A stretch of DNA of 64,000 nucleotides from an uncultured Gemmatimonadota bacterium (GCA_964490075.1 CAZBBK010000017.1:1-64000), one strand, 5' to 3'; shown: positions 18,845-29,990, counted from the first letter of the stretch. Numbers and translations are program-made. The notes: a model not told the origin generated them from the letters alone.

Positions 18845-21800
18845 TCAGGCGCTGAACAGCTGTTCGGAGAAGTGCGACTCACCTTCGGCGAGGGCGCTCA
18901 GCCGCTCGGTGATGACCACGCAGTTGCGGCCGCCGCGCTTGGCCTCGTAGAGCGCGCCGTCGGCGCTGGGCAGCAGCAGCGCGAGGTCGCCGTCGCGCAC
19001 CGCGGACAGGGCGACGACGCCGATGCTGCAGGTCAGGGCACGCCCGCTCACCAGGGGCGCCTGCTCGATGCGGGTGCGCACTTCGTCGGCGATGTCGAAG
19101 GCTCGATCGGCGCGAGTGCGGGGCAGCACCACCGCGAACTCCTCGCCGCCGAGACGGCCGACCGCCCCGCGCTCACCGACCACCTGGCGGATCAGGGCGG
19201 CGGTCTCGGCCAGCACCCGGTCGCCCGCACCGTGTCCGAAGTCGTCGTTCACGGTCTTGAAATGATCGATGTCGAGCATCAAGAGCGCCAGGGAGGTGCC
19301 GCGCTCGAGGGCGCGCAAGAACTCCTCCTCGAGACGCTGCAGCAGGTGATGGCGCATCGAGACCCGGGTCAGGGAGTCGATCGTGGCGCGCTCGAAGAGC
19401 TGCGCGTTGCGGATCGCCAGCGCGGCCTGGTTGGCCAGTGACTGGAGGACGAAGAGCTCCTCGCGGCTGACGTCGTAGACCGCCCGGTCGTCGTCGACGT
19501 AGAGCGCTCCGATGACCCCCTGCATGTCGGCGACCGGCACACCGATGATGAAGCGCAGCTGCAGCTTGCGGATCGAGGAGCGGCGCGAGATCTCCTCGGC
19601 ATCGGCCACGTTGGTGACCACGCGCGATTCCCCGGAACGGAAGATGTCTTCCACGAACGACCTGCTGTAGTGCACGCCGTTGCGCGCGGCGCCGTCCCGA
19701 TAGGCCGAGGCGGCCAGCTCGGTCGGGCTCTTGGGGGTGGATCGCAAGAACACCAGGGCGCGCCGCGCGCCGGTGAGCTCGACGGTCTTGTGGGCAATCA
19801 GATCGAGCAAGGGCGCCAGCTCGTGAATCGCGTTGATCTGCAGCGTGATGTCGAGCAGGTGCTCGAGCAGATGGTCCCCGGGCGCGAAACGCGAGGTCTG
19901 GACTCGCAAGGGCTCGTCGTCCTCCAGCTCCATCAGGAGCCGGTTTGCCTCGCCATGGTCGGCCAGCGCCCCCAGCCGCTCCAGCCCCCCCAAGGCATGC
20001 TCGAGCAGCGCGCGCGCCGCGCCGTGGCGACCGGCCTCGAGCAGCAGACGGGCACGGGCCACGTCGACCCGGTGGGCGGCGTGATCGAGGCGCAGGTCGC
20101 TCATCTCGCGGCGCGCCCGGGCGTAGCGATGCAGCGCCTTGGCATCCGCCCCCTGGCGCTCCGCGACCGCCGCCGATGCCGCCAGCAGGTGCGCCAGCTC
20201 GGCCCGCGCCCCGATCTTGCGGGCGGAGCGGATGGCGCCGGCCACCAGGGCACGCGCCAGAACCGGGTCGCCGTGCTCCGCCTCCCAGGTAGCGATCCGC
20301 CGCGTGGCCTCGATCCCCTCCGGGCTCTCCAGCAGCGCCTCGCTCTCGCTGCCGGGCGCGGCGGCGGCGAGGCCGCGCACCGCCTTGTCGAAGCGCGCGC
20401 GCGCCGCCTCGGCCTGCCCCTCGAGGAGATCGAGCTCGCCCAGGTTCCCCTCGAGGATTGCCTCCGCGGCGGGATCGGCCAGGCTCCGCGCCAGCTCGAT
20501 TCCTTCCTCCAGCATCCCCCGCGCGCGCCGTGCCTCGCCGCGATCTCTGAGCAGCATCCCCAGGTTGTTCAGGGTTCGCATCCGTGTGCGCAGGTCGCCG
20601 ACCCCGCCCGCGACGGCCAGCACGTCGCGATAGGCCTCGGCCGCCTCCGCCCACTGGCCGCCATCGGACTGCGCCACCGCCCGATTGGAGAGCGCGACCA
20701 GGTAGCCGCGCAGATCGTTGGCGCGCCGGCTGCGCTCGGCCGCATCGTGGAAGCTGCGCGCGGCCGCGGCATACTCCGAGCTCTGGTAGTGAATGGCGCC
20801 GAGCGCCACCTCGCAGGCGGTCGCGCGCCGGTGATCGTCCAGCTCCTCGAAGACGGCGAGGGCGGCGGCGTAGGTGTCGGCGGCCTGGTCGAGTTGGCCG
20901 CGGGCGATGTCGACGCGGGCCCGGGTGCTCCCGAGCCGCGCTCGCTGCTCGCGTCCGTCGGGGACTCGGTCGACCAGCGCTTCGGCCTGGTCGAGGGCGC
21001 CGACGCAGCCCTCGATGTCGCCCTTGGCGAGATGCACCAGCCCCAGGCGGTGCAGCAGAATCACCCGCAGGCTGCCGCCGGTCGACAGGGGCAGCGAGGC
21101 GGCCGCCGAGATTCCGACCTCGAGCGCCTCCCTGGCCGCGTCGGGCTGCTCGATCCCCAGGGCGGCTTTGGCGAGGCAGGCGGCGGCGCGCGCGCGGCGC
21201 TCGCCTTCGCGAGATCGCAACACCGGATCCAGCGCCTCGCCCACCTCGTGCCCGCGGCCGGCGCGTTCCAGCGCCTGCCCCCACGACAGCCTCAACTGCT
21301 CGACCATCGCTTCCGGGACCCGGTCGCAATGGGTCGCGACGAAGCTCTGCAGCGATTCCGCCTGCTCCACGTAGAGATGAAGCGCCGCGAAGCACTCGCT
21401 CGCTTCGTCGAGGGCGATCTTGGCGGCGTGGTAGTCGTCGCTCCAGGCCAGGTGCGAGCCGATCCGCGCCAGCTTGCGCGGGCGAGCCGAGCGTTGGCAG
21501 CGCTCCAGGCTGGCGCGCAGTCCGTCCGCGGCGCGGCCGTGGAGCACCGCGCGCTGAATCGGATCCAGCTGCAAGAGCAGCGCCTGGGCGGTGGACGCCG
21601 CGGAGAAGCGCAGCGTGGGATCTTCCCAAGGCGCCATCGGATCGATCCTGCGGGTCACGAAGCCCTGGTCCTCGAGACGGTCCAGGAGGCCCTCGATCTC
21701 CTCCGGCGCACGGCGCGCGACTGCCGCCACGGTGGCCACGGTGGCCTCTTCGAGCGTGGCCAGCGCCTCCACGACCGCCCGCTCGGCGGCGCCGAGGTCG

Positions 21801-23553
21801 GCCGGCAGCGGCTCGGGAGCATCGCGGCAAAGCTCGGGGACCTTGAAGCGGGCACCGGGGAGCTCGGCGGTCCAGCGCTCCTCTCGACGCAGCTGACCCG
21901 TGCGCATCAGCGCGCGCAGCGCCTCGACGACGGCTCCCGGCGCACCGCCGGAAGCGCCGTAGACCGCGTCCACGAACTCGGTCGTCAGTCGATCGGAATG
22001 GAGCACTCCCTCCAGCACGCCGCGGGTCTCGCCGGCATCGAGCGGCGCCAGGGTGGCGCGGCGCAGATGGTCGCCGATGCCCGGCAGCCGCGGCGGATCG
22101 CCGTGGCGAGAGGTCACCACCAGCGCCAGCTTCTCATCGGCCGCGGTGCGGCAGATGGCGGCCAGGAGCTGCGCCGCCAAGGGGCCGGCGCTCGGCGGAG
22201 CGTCGACCAGGAACAGGGTGCGGCGCTGGCGGGCCAGCTCGCTCACCACCACTCCGAAGGCGTGGATCAGCGCCAGCAGCTCCACCCCCTCCGACTCCGC
22301 CGCGGCGCCCGCCACGGGCGCGGTCGAGTCGAGAGCGCCGACGATGCCGCGGAGGGTCGGCCAGGTGCCGCGATCGGCCACCGGAGCGCCCGCACAAGCA
22401 TCGAGGCGGTCCAGCTCGGCATTGAAGAGCGCCTGCGAAAGAGCCGCCCGTCCGTCCTCCCCCGACTCGGGGGCGAACGAGAGCACCACGCAGTCGAGGC
22501 GACGGCCGAGGGTCGCCGCTTCGGTCAAGAGCCGCGNNNNNNNNNNNNNNNNNNNNNNNNNNNNNNNNNNNNNNNNNNNNNNNNNNNNNNNNNNNNNNNN
22601 NNNNNNNNNNNNNNNNNNNNNNNNNNNNNNNNNNNNAGCCGCGAGCGCCGGGCCGACAGGGTCAACGCCCAGCGCACGGCGTCGATGGGGTCGGCTCGTC
22701 CCACCAAGGGCGCCGGAGCCAGCCGGCCGATCTCGGGGTCGGCGGCGCCGTCGAGCAGCTCGAGCGCGGCCCCGGCGTGTTCCGGTCGCCGGGCCGGCAG
22801 GGGATCGAGGAGCCGCTCGATCAGCTCCCGTACGTCGACCGGCACGGCGGGCGCTACCTCCGCGAGCGTTTCGGCGACCCCCTGGCGTGCTTCGACCATC
22901 GACTCGACCGGATCGGGCGATGGAAAAGCCGGACGCCCGCAGGCCAGCTCGTAGAGACAGGCGCCCAGCGCGAAGAGATCGCTGCGCGGCGAGGGCGTGG
23001 CGCCGTCCAGGTACTCCGGTGCCAGGTAGCCGGGCGTGCCGGCGACGCAAGTCGCTCGATCGTCGACCGGCGCAGAGAGGCCGAGGTCGGCGATGCGCAA
23101 CCTGGGTCCCTGCTCTCGCTCCTCCACCAGCAGGTTGCCCGGCTTCAGATCGCGGTGCACCAGGCCCTGACGGTGAAGATGATCGAGTCCCTCGAGCAGA
23201 TCGCGAGCGGCCGATCTGAGCCGGTTCGCCGGGAACGACCCGACCAGGGCTTCGGCGTCGCCGCCCGCGGCGAGATCCATCACCACGTAGGGGAGACCCT
23301 CGTGCACGCCGCAGTCGAAGACCCGCAGCAGGTTTCGATGGGGGTGCTCGGCCAGGATGCGGAACTCGCGCCGGAACGCGACCAGCTGTGCGCCTTGGCG
23401 TGGTTCGCGGTGGACCTTGATCGCGACCTCGCGACCGTCGATGCGCCGCACCGCGCGGTAGACCAGGCTGGCGGCTCCCTCGCCGATCGCTTCGACGATG
23501 CGGTACCTGGCCGGGACGGCCGGGCTCGGGACCTTGTCCAGGGTCTCTGGCAC
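18845..23553 (-). CDS. Ser/Thr kinase - ATPase-like - TPR - GAF - GGDEF diguanylate cyclase (interrupted by assembly gap)
   Basis: Kinase IGEGAASLVY, VAIK, HRDLKPGN, GTPGYLAPE (22637..23553); after gap TPR repeats, GAF, DIDHFKTVND...GD, RLGGEEF, ALYEAKRGGRN. Single gene inferred across the N-run. Confidence 0.8.
22537..22636. other. Assembly gap (100 N)
   Basis: Run of N. Confidence 1.
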
Positions 23554-23727
23554 GCGATGTCTCTGTGCGCGGAGGACGTTCGGCGGACGATCGGCGGCCG
23601 AACGGCCGCTGCTGCTGGCTGGGGCGGGCGCTGGGGAGGCGCACGGTCACGCCCTTTGGCGCGGTGCGCTTCTTTCTCTAATCGGACTGCGCGGCTCCCC
23701 GATTGACTCCGATCGGGTGCCCAACCC

Positions 23728-24231
23728 CTATTCAGATCGAATCTCTACCAGCTCATCGCCCGGCGCCACCTGGGCGCCCTCGCAGGTGTGAATCGCCGCC
23801 ACGATCCCCGCCTGGTGGGCGCGCAAGGTGGTCTCCATCTTCATGGCGCTCACCACCAAGATCGCGTCGCCCGCCTCGACGCGCTCCCCTTCGGCCACCA
23901 GCAGCTTGACGACCACCGCTGGCGTGGGCGGCGTGATCGCACCCCCTCCCCCCGCTCCCCCCGCCGCGCGCTTCGGCGGCCGATGCGTAAGATCCTCGAA
24001 GGCGTAGGTCGTGCCGTCGATGAAGATGAGCCGTCTGGCTCCCGATCGGGCGACGAACACGATCCGCGAGCGCCGGCCGTCGTCGATCAGCAGCCGATTG
24101 GGGTCCAACCAGCGCCATCCGACCAGCTCTTCCCTGCCCCCAAGCTCGATCCGCCAACGCCCGTCGGCGGCCCGCTGCGCGCTGAGCTCGTGGCATTCGT
24201 CTCCGTCGGCGATGCGGTGGTTCATGATCAC
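23728..24231 (-). CDS. Biotin carboxyl carrier subunit of acyl-CoA carboxylase
   Basis: SAMKMET biotinylation motif; GTGA overlap with upstream gene (alternative ATG 24225). Confidence 0.88.
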   Translation of the reverse strand: MIMNHRIADGDECHELSAQRAADGRWRIELGGREELVGWRWLDPNRLLIDDGRRSRIVFVARSGARRLIFIDGTTYAFEDLTHRPPKRAAGGAGGGGAITPPTPAVVVKLLVAEGERVEAGDAILVVSAMKMETTLRAHQAGIVAAIHTCEGAQVAPGDELVEIRSE

Positions 24232-25736
24232 AGCGTCCAATCGCCAAGGGTGGACCAGGGGCTCTCGGGCGCCGCCGCCTCGCTCGACGCACCCTTGGCC
24301 TCCGCGGGCCGGGCGCCGCTGGCGGCATCGGCCAGGAACGCGATCAGGGCGTCGTCGAGCGCATCGCGCCGGGCCGTCCACTGGGCCAGGTGCTCGTCGA
24401 TAAAGCGGGTCGACAGCGCGCCATCGATGAAGGCAGGGCTCTCGACCAGGTCGTGGAGAAAAGGGATCGTGGTTTCGATGCCGAGGATCGGGTATTCGCG
24501 CAAGGCCAGCGCCATCCGCCGCCGCGCGCTCTCGCGGTCCTCGCCCCAGGTGATCAGCTTGGCGATGATCGGATCGTAGTGGACCGGGATTTCGCTGCCG
24601 GTGACCGCGCCAGCGTCGACCCGCACGCCCGGACCCACCGGCTCTTGAGCGAAGAGCAGAGTGCCCGGGGAGGGGGCGAATTCCAGCGCCGGATCTTCCG
24701 CGTAGATGCGACACTCCAGCGCATGCCCCACACGTGAAATCTGTTGTTGCGTCCAGGGGAGCTCTTCGCCGGCGGCGACACGCAGCTGCGCCGCGACCAG
24801 GTCGATCCCGGTGATCGCCTCGGTCACCGGATGCTCCACCTGCAGCCGCGTGTTCATCTCCAGAAATGTGTAGTCACCGCGCGCGTCGAGCAGGAACTCG
24901 ACCGTGCCGGCGTTCTGGTAGCCCCCGGCACGCGCCAGGCGCAGCGCACTCGCGCACATTTGCGTCCGCAGCTCCGGCGTCAGGGCCGGGGAGGGCGCCT
25001 CCTCCACAATCTTCTGGTGGCGGCGCTGGATCGAGCATTCGCGTTCGAAGAGGTGAACCATGTTGCCGTGGCTGTCTCCCAGCACCTGCACCTCGACGTG
25101 TCGCGGGCGGGCGATGTATCGCTCGACGAGCAGCTCGTCGCTGCCGAAAGCGGCCAGGGCCTCGCTCCCGGCGGCGGCGCAGGCCGGCTCCAGGTCGCCG
25201 GGCCGCTCCACCAATCGCATCCCCTTGCCGCCGCCGCCGGCCGCCGCCTTGATGAGCAAGGGATAGCCGACCTCGGTGGCGGCAGCGCGCAGCCGCGCGG
25301 CGCGTGCCGCGGCCTCCTGGCCTCGCTCCAGGTCGATCGCCGGCAACACCGGCACCTCGCAGGAGAGCGCGAGCTCCCGGGCCCGCCCCTTGTGCCCCAA
25401 CTTCTCGATCGCCTCGGCCGGCGGCCCGACGAAGACCACACCGGCATCGTCGCAGGCGCGTGCCAGGTGCTCGCTCTCCGCAAGAAAGCCGTAGCCCGGA
25501 TGCAGCGCCTGGGCACCGCTCTCGACCGCCGCGGCGACGATCCGCTCGATGTTGAGATAGCTTTCGAGCGGAGCGGCGGCCCCCAGGTGAAGCGCCCGAT
25601 CGGCGCCCCGCAGGTGCAAGGCGTCGGCGTCGGCATCGGAGTAGACCGCCACGGTCTCGATCCCCAGCGCGCGACAGGTGCGGGCGATGCGGACGGCGAT
25701 CTCACCGCGATTGGCGATCAGCACTCTGTTGAACAC
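24228..25736 (-). CDS. Biotin carboxylase subunit (methylcrotonyl/geranyl-CoA carboxylase alpha-like)
   Basis: VLIANRGEIAVRI, HPGYGFLAE, GGGGKGMR, ERECSIQRRHQK, EMNTRLQVEHPVTE. Confidence 0.95.
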   Translation of the reverse strand: MFNRVLIANRGEIAVRIARTCRALGIETVAVYSDADADALHLRGADRALHLGAAAPLESYLNIERIVAAAVESGAQALHPGYGFLAESEHLARACDDAGVVFVGPPAEAIEKLGHKGRARELALSCEVPVLPAIDLERGQEAAARAARLRAAATEVGYPLLIKAAAGGGGKGMRLVERPGDLEPACAAAGSEALAAFGSDELLVERYIARPRHVEVQVLGDSHGNMVHLFERECSIQRRHQKIVEEAPSPALTPELRTQMCASALRLARAGGYQNAGTVEFLLDARGDYTFLEMNTRLQVEHPVTEAITGIDLVAAQLRVAAGEELPWTQQQISRVGHALECRIYAEDPALEFAPSPGTLLFAQEPVGPGVRVDAGAVTGSEIPVHYDPIIAKLITWGEDRESARRRMALALREYPILGIETTIPFLHDLVESPAFIDGALSTRFIDEHLAQWTARRDALDDALIAFLADAASGARPAEAKGASSEAAAPESPWSTLGDWTL

Positions 25737-25746
25737 CGCAACGCTC

Positions 25747-27360
25747 CTACATTCTGAACACACCCCAGGGGGCGCGTTCCGGGAAGGGTCGATTGAGCGA
25801 CGCCGAGATGGCCAGTCCGAGCACGTCGCGGGTCTTGGCCGGATCGATGATCCCGTCGTCCCAGAGATTGGCGGTGCTGTGCCAGGGGTTCGATTCGCCC
25901 TCGATCATCTGGATCACCGGCTCTTTCAGCGCCGCCGCCGCCTCGGAGGACAGGGTCGGCTGGCCGTGGCGCGCCAGCTGCTCGTTCTTCACCGTGACCA
26001 GCACGTCGGCCGCCTGCTCCGCCCCCATGACGCTGATGCGGGCGTTGGGCCACATCCAGAGCATTCTGGGACCGTACGCACGACCGCACATGGCATAGTT
26101 GCCGGCGCCGAAGGAGCCGCCGACGATCACCGTGAACTTGGGCACCCGAGTCAGCGACACCGCGGCAACCATCTTGTGACCGTCCTTGGTGATTCCCCCT
26201 TCCTCGTACTCGCGGCCGATCATGAAGCCGTTGATGTTCTGCAGAAACACCAGGGGAATCCCCTCGCGATCACAGAGCTGGATGAACTGTGTCGCTTTCA
26301 GGGCGCTTTCCGAGAACAGAACACCGTTGTTGCCGAGCAGGCCCACCGGATGGCCGTGGATGTAGGCCCAGCCGCAGAACAGAGTGGGACCGTAGCGGGG
26401 CTTGAACTCCAGAAACTCGCTGCCGTCGACCAGTCGCGCCAGCACCTCGCGCACGTCGTAGGGCACGCTCAGGCGCTGCGGCACGATGCCGTAGATCTCC
26501 TCGGGATCGTAGAGCGGCTCTGCCGCGCTGCGGTTCTCGAGGCGTTGGCGGGGCGCCGCGGGCAGGCGGCGCACCAGCGCGCGCAGCTGCCGAACCGCAT
26601 CGGCGTCGTCCTCGGCGACGTAGTCCGAGACACCCGAAAGGCGGCAATGCAGATCGGCGCCGCCCAGGCTCTCCTGGTCCACCACCTCTCCGGTCGCGGC
26701 CTTCACCAGCGGCGGCCCCCCCAGGAAGATCGCCCCGGTCCCCTTGACGTGCACCACCTGATCCGACATCGCCGGAATATACGCCGCACCCGCCGTGCAC
26801 AGTCCCATCACCGCGGTGATCTGTGGGATATCCAGCGCCGACATATGAGCCTGGTTGTAGAACACCTGCCCCCCGTCGTCGGCATCGGGGAACACCTCCG
26901 ACTGGAGTGGCAGATAGGCGCCGCCCGAATCGATCATGTTGATCACCGGCAGGCGGTTCTCCATGGCGATCCGTTGCAGGCGCAACGACTTCTTGACCCC
27001 CATCGGGTAGAGCGTGCCGCCCTTGACCATCGCGTCGTTGGCGTTGACCAGCACCTCGCGCCCCTCGACGACGCCGATGCCGCCGCGGATTCCCGCACTG
27101 TGCACCTTCGAATCGTACATCCCTTTCGCCGCCAGCGGCGCGATCTCCAGGAAGGGGGTTCCCGGATCCAGCAACAGATCGAGACGCTCTTGAACCGGTA
27201 GCTTGCCCTGCTCGATGTGGCGGGTTCGAGCCTTGTCGGAGCGATCGGTCCGCGCCTTGTCCAGCTCTGCGCGCAGCTCGTCGACCAGCGCGCGCATCGC
27301 ATCTCTGTTGGCGACGAAGTCGGCGCTTCGAGTGTCGATTCTGCTGTCGAGAACGTCCAT
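25747..27360 (-). CDS. Carboxyltransferase subunit (methylcrotonyl-CoA carboxylase beta-like)
   Basis: DSGGAYLPLQSEVFPD, GLCTAGAAY, IFLGGPPLVKAATGE, GGSFGAGNYAMCGR, WDDGIIDP. Confidence 0.95.
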   Translation of the reverse strand: MDVLDSRIDTRSADFVANRDAMRALVDELRAELDKARTDRSDKARTRHIEQGKLPVQERLDLLLDPGTPFLEIAPLAAKGMYDSKVHSAGIRGGIGVVEGREVLVNANDAMVKGGTLYPMGVKKSLRLQRIAMENRLPVINMIDSGGAYLPLQSEVFPDADDGGQVFYNQAHMSALDIPQITAVMGLCTAGAAYIPAMSDQVVHVKGTGAIFLGGPPLVKAATGEVVDQESLGGADLHCRLSGVSDYVAEDDADAVRQLRALVRRLPAAPRQRLENRSAAEPLYDPEEIYGIVPQRLSVPYDVREVLARLVDGSEFLEFKPRYGPTLFCGWAYIHGHPVGLLGNNGVLFSESALKATQFIQLCDREGIPLVFLQNINGFMIGREYEEGGITKDGHKMVAAVSLTRVPKFTVIVGGSFGAGNYAMCGRAYGPRMLWMWPNARISVMGAEQAADVLVTVKNEQLARHGQPTLSSEAAAALKEPVIQMIEGESNPWHSTANLWDDGIIDPAKTRDVLGLAISASLNRPFPERAPWGVFRM

Positions 27361-27363
27361 CTT

Positions 27364-28047
27364 CTACTCCCTGGGCGGCCGGGATTCCGATGCCAGGAGT
27401 CCTTGCAGCACCAGATTCGTCAGCTCCCTTTTGGTACGCGCCACATCGCCCAGCCGGTCCGCGGGGATGTCGCGCCAGGCCCATCCGGCGACCACGCCTT
27501 GCAAAGCGCCCCAGAACACGCGCGCGGCGAGCTGCGGATCGACCGCGACGCTCAGCTCGCCGGTGTCGATCCCGTCGCGGATGATCTCGGCGAAGACGTC
27601 GTGGGCATCGTCGAGCGCCAGGATGTTGGCTTCGGCGAAGAACTCCGGAGTGCGCACCAGTTCCTGGAAGAGCACCTTCATCAGTCGCGGATAGGCGCAG
27701 TAGGAGTCGACCACGAAGCCCACGATCTTGCCCAGCTTCTGCGCCGCGCCGCCGGCGTCGGCCCGCAGCGCCCGCGCCAGATCGACCAGAACCACCAGTC
27801 GATCCCTGAAAATCGAGAGCAGCAGCTCGTCCTTGGACTCGAAGTAGTGGTAGACGAGGCCGTGGCTCACTCCCGCCCGGCGGGCCACGTCCGATACCCG
27901 GCAGCGATCGAAGCCCTGCTCGGCAATGGTCCGGATCGCGGCGTTCTGAATCCGCTCGCGTTTATCCAGGGCGCGCTGGTCGCGGCTGGCGATGAGGGCT
28001 CCCGGCGGAGTTGAAGAACCGGCGACGAATGCTGACTGACCAGTCAA
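27364..28047 (-). CDS. TetR/AcrR family transcriptional regulator
   Basis: HTH RIQNAAIRTIAEQGFDRCRVSDVARRAGVSHGLVYHYFESKDELL; first gene of carboxylase operon. Confidence 0.92.
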   Translation of the reverse strand: MTGQSAFVAGSSTPPGALIASRDQRALDKRERIQNAAIRTIAEQGFDRCRVSDVARRAGVSHGLVYHYFESKDELLLSIFRDRLVVLVDLARALRADAGGAAQKLGKIVGFVVDSYCAYPRLMKVLFQELVRTPEFFAEANILALDDAHDVFAEIIRDGIDTGELSVAVDPQLAARVFWGALQGVVAGWAWRDIPADRLGDVARTKRELTNLVLQGLLASESRPPRE

Positions 28048-28050
28048 TCA
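28033..28050. promoter_or_regulatory. Putative TetR operator, copy 2 (overlaps tetR start)
   Basis: TGACTGACCAGTCAATCA imperfect palindrome overlapping TTG start. Confidence 0.75.
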
Positions 28051-28066
28051 AAATGTGCGGGCCGCG

Positions 28067-28531
28067 TCAATCCAGGAGCAGCCACGCGACCAGGGCCGAC
28101 ATCCCCAGAGCCAGCGCCACCAGCAACGGAAAGGGGGCCATGCCCGGAGGCCGCGGCCGATTCGCGTCGCCTCCCAGCCCGGCGCGGTCGTCGACGAACT
28201 CGCGGATCAGCGCCAGCGCGTCGTCGCCAAACTCCTCCGGCACCGCGATTTCGAGGTGCTGGGGGACGCCGAAGATGCCGGTGGCGGCGTCGGCCAGGCG
28301 CACGTGGGGGATCTGGTGGTCATCGAGCAGGCCGCGAATCAGGTCGGCGATCGCCGGATTGGGCGCTCGGTAGATGGTCCGCAGGCGCCCCAGGCCCGGA
28401 CCGGAGGGGGACCCGGCCGGCCCGAAGGCCGCCCGGCCGGAGGGGGCGGCATGACGATCGCCGCGCCAGGCCTCGCTGGAGCGATGGCGGGTCCCCCGCC
28501 AGCTCTCGTCCTGGGGCGCTTCCCAGTCCAT
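28067..28531 (-). CDS. DUF2007-like putative signal-transducing membrane protein
   Basis: TIYRAPNPAIADLIRGLLDDHQIP...LEIAVPEE..DDALALIRE plus C-terminal TM; start uncertain. Confidence 0.65.
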   Translation of the reverse strand: MDWEAPQDESWRGTRHRSSEAWRGDRHAAPSGRAAFGPAGSPSGPGLGRLRTIYRAPNPAIADLIRGLLDDHQIPHVRLADAATGIFGVPQHLEIAVPEEFGDDALALIREFVDDRAGLGGDANRPRPPGMAPFPLLVALALGMSALVAWLLLD

Positions 28532-28669
28532 GCGACAACTTTCGTGGACGGTCGCCGGAGAGGATCGATTACTCCCGTTGTCGATTCGACCCCGGCGCCT
28601 GGTTCCTGGTACCCCAAGAATCGCCCGAGATCGCTGAAATGGCAACCGGTTGCGAGGGATTCCGATAGA

Positions 28670-28684
28670 TGGCACAGCCCATGC
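28670..28684 (+). promoter_or_regulatory. Possible sigma-54 (-24/-12) promoter
   Basis: TGGCACAGCCCATGC has GG-N10-GC spacing, about 290 nt upstream of porin gene. Confidence 0.4.
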
Positions 28685-28971
28685 GAAAGGCAGAACCCAG
28701 GCGCCGCCGAGAGCCGACGCCGCAAGACAAAGGGCGACGGTCGCCTACGGGACGATCGCCACCCGGGCGCCTCCGGGCGCCAACAAGACCTGCTACCGGC
28801 AGGGAACGGGACGGGCCGCCCTTGGAGAAATCCTCCGAGGGCGGTCTCCGTGTTTGGGGCCGTGAACGAGGCTTCATCAGAGATTTACCCCGCCCGCTCG
28901 GCGCATCCGTACAGAATCCTCGCGCCGCCGATCTTCGCAACCGTGACGGCCGGCACGAGGAGAACCTGACA

Positions 28972-29979
28972 ATGAACCGAATCTCGACCACCGCGCTGCT
29001 GTGGACGCTCGGCGCCCTGAGCTCGAACGCCAACGGGGCCGACACCAACCCCTTCGCCGACTTCAAGATCAAGGGCCAGACCTACTTCGACTTCGAGCAG
29101 CCGGTCACGGACGACGGACCGCGCACCACGGGCGAGTTCAGCAGCTTCGATTTCCGCCGCGGCTATCTGACCATCGACCACGCTATCGACGACGACTTCA
29201 CGATCCGCTACCGCACCGACGTGGATCGCAAAGGCGGCGCCGACAAGCTGCGCGCGTTCGTCAAGCACGCCTATGTCTCCTGGAAGGGACTGGTGCCCGG
29301 CGCCAAGCTCTACGCCGGCATGGTCGGCACCCCGACCTGGTCCGACTACTCGGATAAATACTGGGGCTACCGAGGGGTTTCGAAGACTCTTCTCGACGGA
29401 TTCAAGGATGTGACCGGCGAGGACATCGACGTGAGCTCGGCGGCCATCGGTGTCTCTCTGAAGGGACGCGCTGCCGGAGATCTGGTCGGCTACAACGCAT
29501 TCGTGTCGAACGGACGCGGCTACAGCAAGTCGGAAGACGACAAGTACAAGAAGCTGACGCTGCAGGGTTCCCTGCACCCCGCCGACGGCCTGGTTCTGGT
29601 GGCGCTGACCGAGTACGAGCCACAGAGCAGCGCCGACGACAATGTGTTGCTGAAAGGTTTCGCGGGCTACCAGGGAGACGGCTTCGCCGCCGGAATCGAG
29701 TACTTCAGCTACGACCGCGGCGGCTCCAACGACCAGAGCTCCGGTCTCTCGGCCTTCGGCCGCTACGACCTCACCGATCTATGGACGCCCTTCGTCCGTT
29801 TCGACAGCTACGAGCCGCGCTCCGAGACCAGCAACGACGAAACATCGCTGGTCATCGCCGGCATCGACTACAACCCGAACAAGCACGTCCACTTCGTTCC
29901 CAACATCCGCTACTACAGCAACGCGGGCGATGGGAACCCAGACTTCGTGGCCCTGATGACCGCCATCTTCGGGCTTTGA
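28972..29979 (+). CDS. Outer-membrane porin-like beta-barrel protein
   Basis: Signal peptide, FDFRRGYLT, FVKHAYVSW, alternating aromatic strands; GAGGAG RBS. Confidence 0.8.
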   Translation: MNRISTTALLWTLGALSSNANGADTNPFADFKIKGQTYFDFEQPVTDDGPRTTGEFSSFDFRRGYLTIDHAIDDDFTIRYRTDVDRKGGADKLRAFVKHAYVSWKGLVPGAKLYAGMVGTPTWSDYSDKYWGYRGVSKTLLDGFKDVTGEDIDVSSAAIGVSLKGRAAGDLVGYNAFVSNGRGYSKSEDDKYKKLTLQGSLHPADGLVLVALTEYEPQSSADDNVLLKGFAGYQGDGFAAGIEYFSYDRGGSNDQSSGLSAFGRYDLTDLWTPFVRFDSYEPRSETSNDETSLVIAGIDYNPNKHVHFVPNIRYYSNAGDGNPDFVALMTAIFGL

Positions 29980-29990
29980 GCCCACCTCGT

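Noticed and set aside
19670-22954. 1094-aa + strand ORF and other long overlapping ORFs (e.g. 6578..8365, 48605..50434, 25678..27201)
   Set aside because: Antisense or alternate-frame shadows expected in high-GC DNA; no motifs, and the opposite strand has clear genes.
28685-28800. c-di-GMP-I riboswitch upstream of porin
   Set aside because: Only partial resemblance (GGCA..ACC, CGCAA); GAAA tetraloop/receptor arrangement not found.
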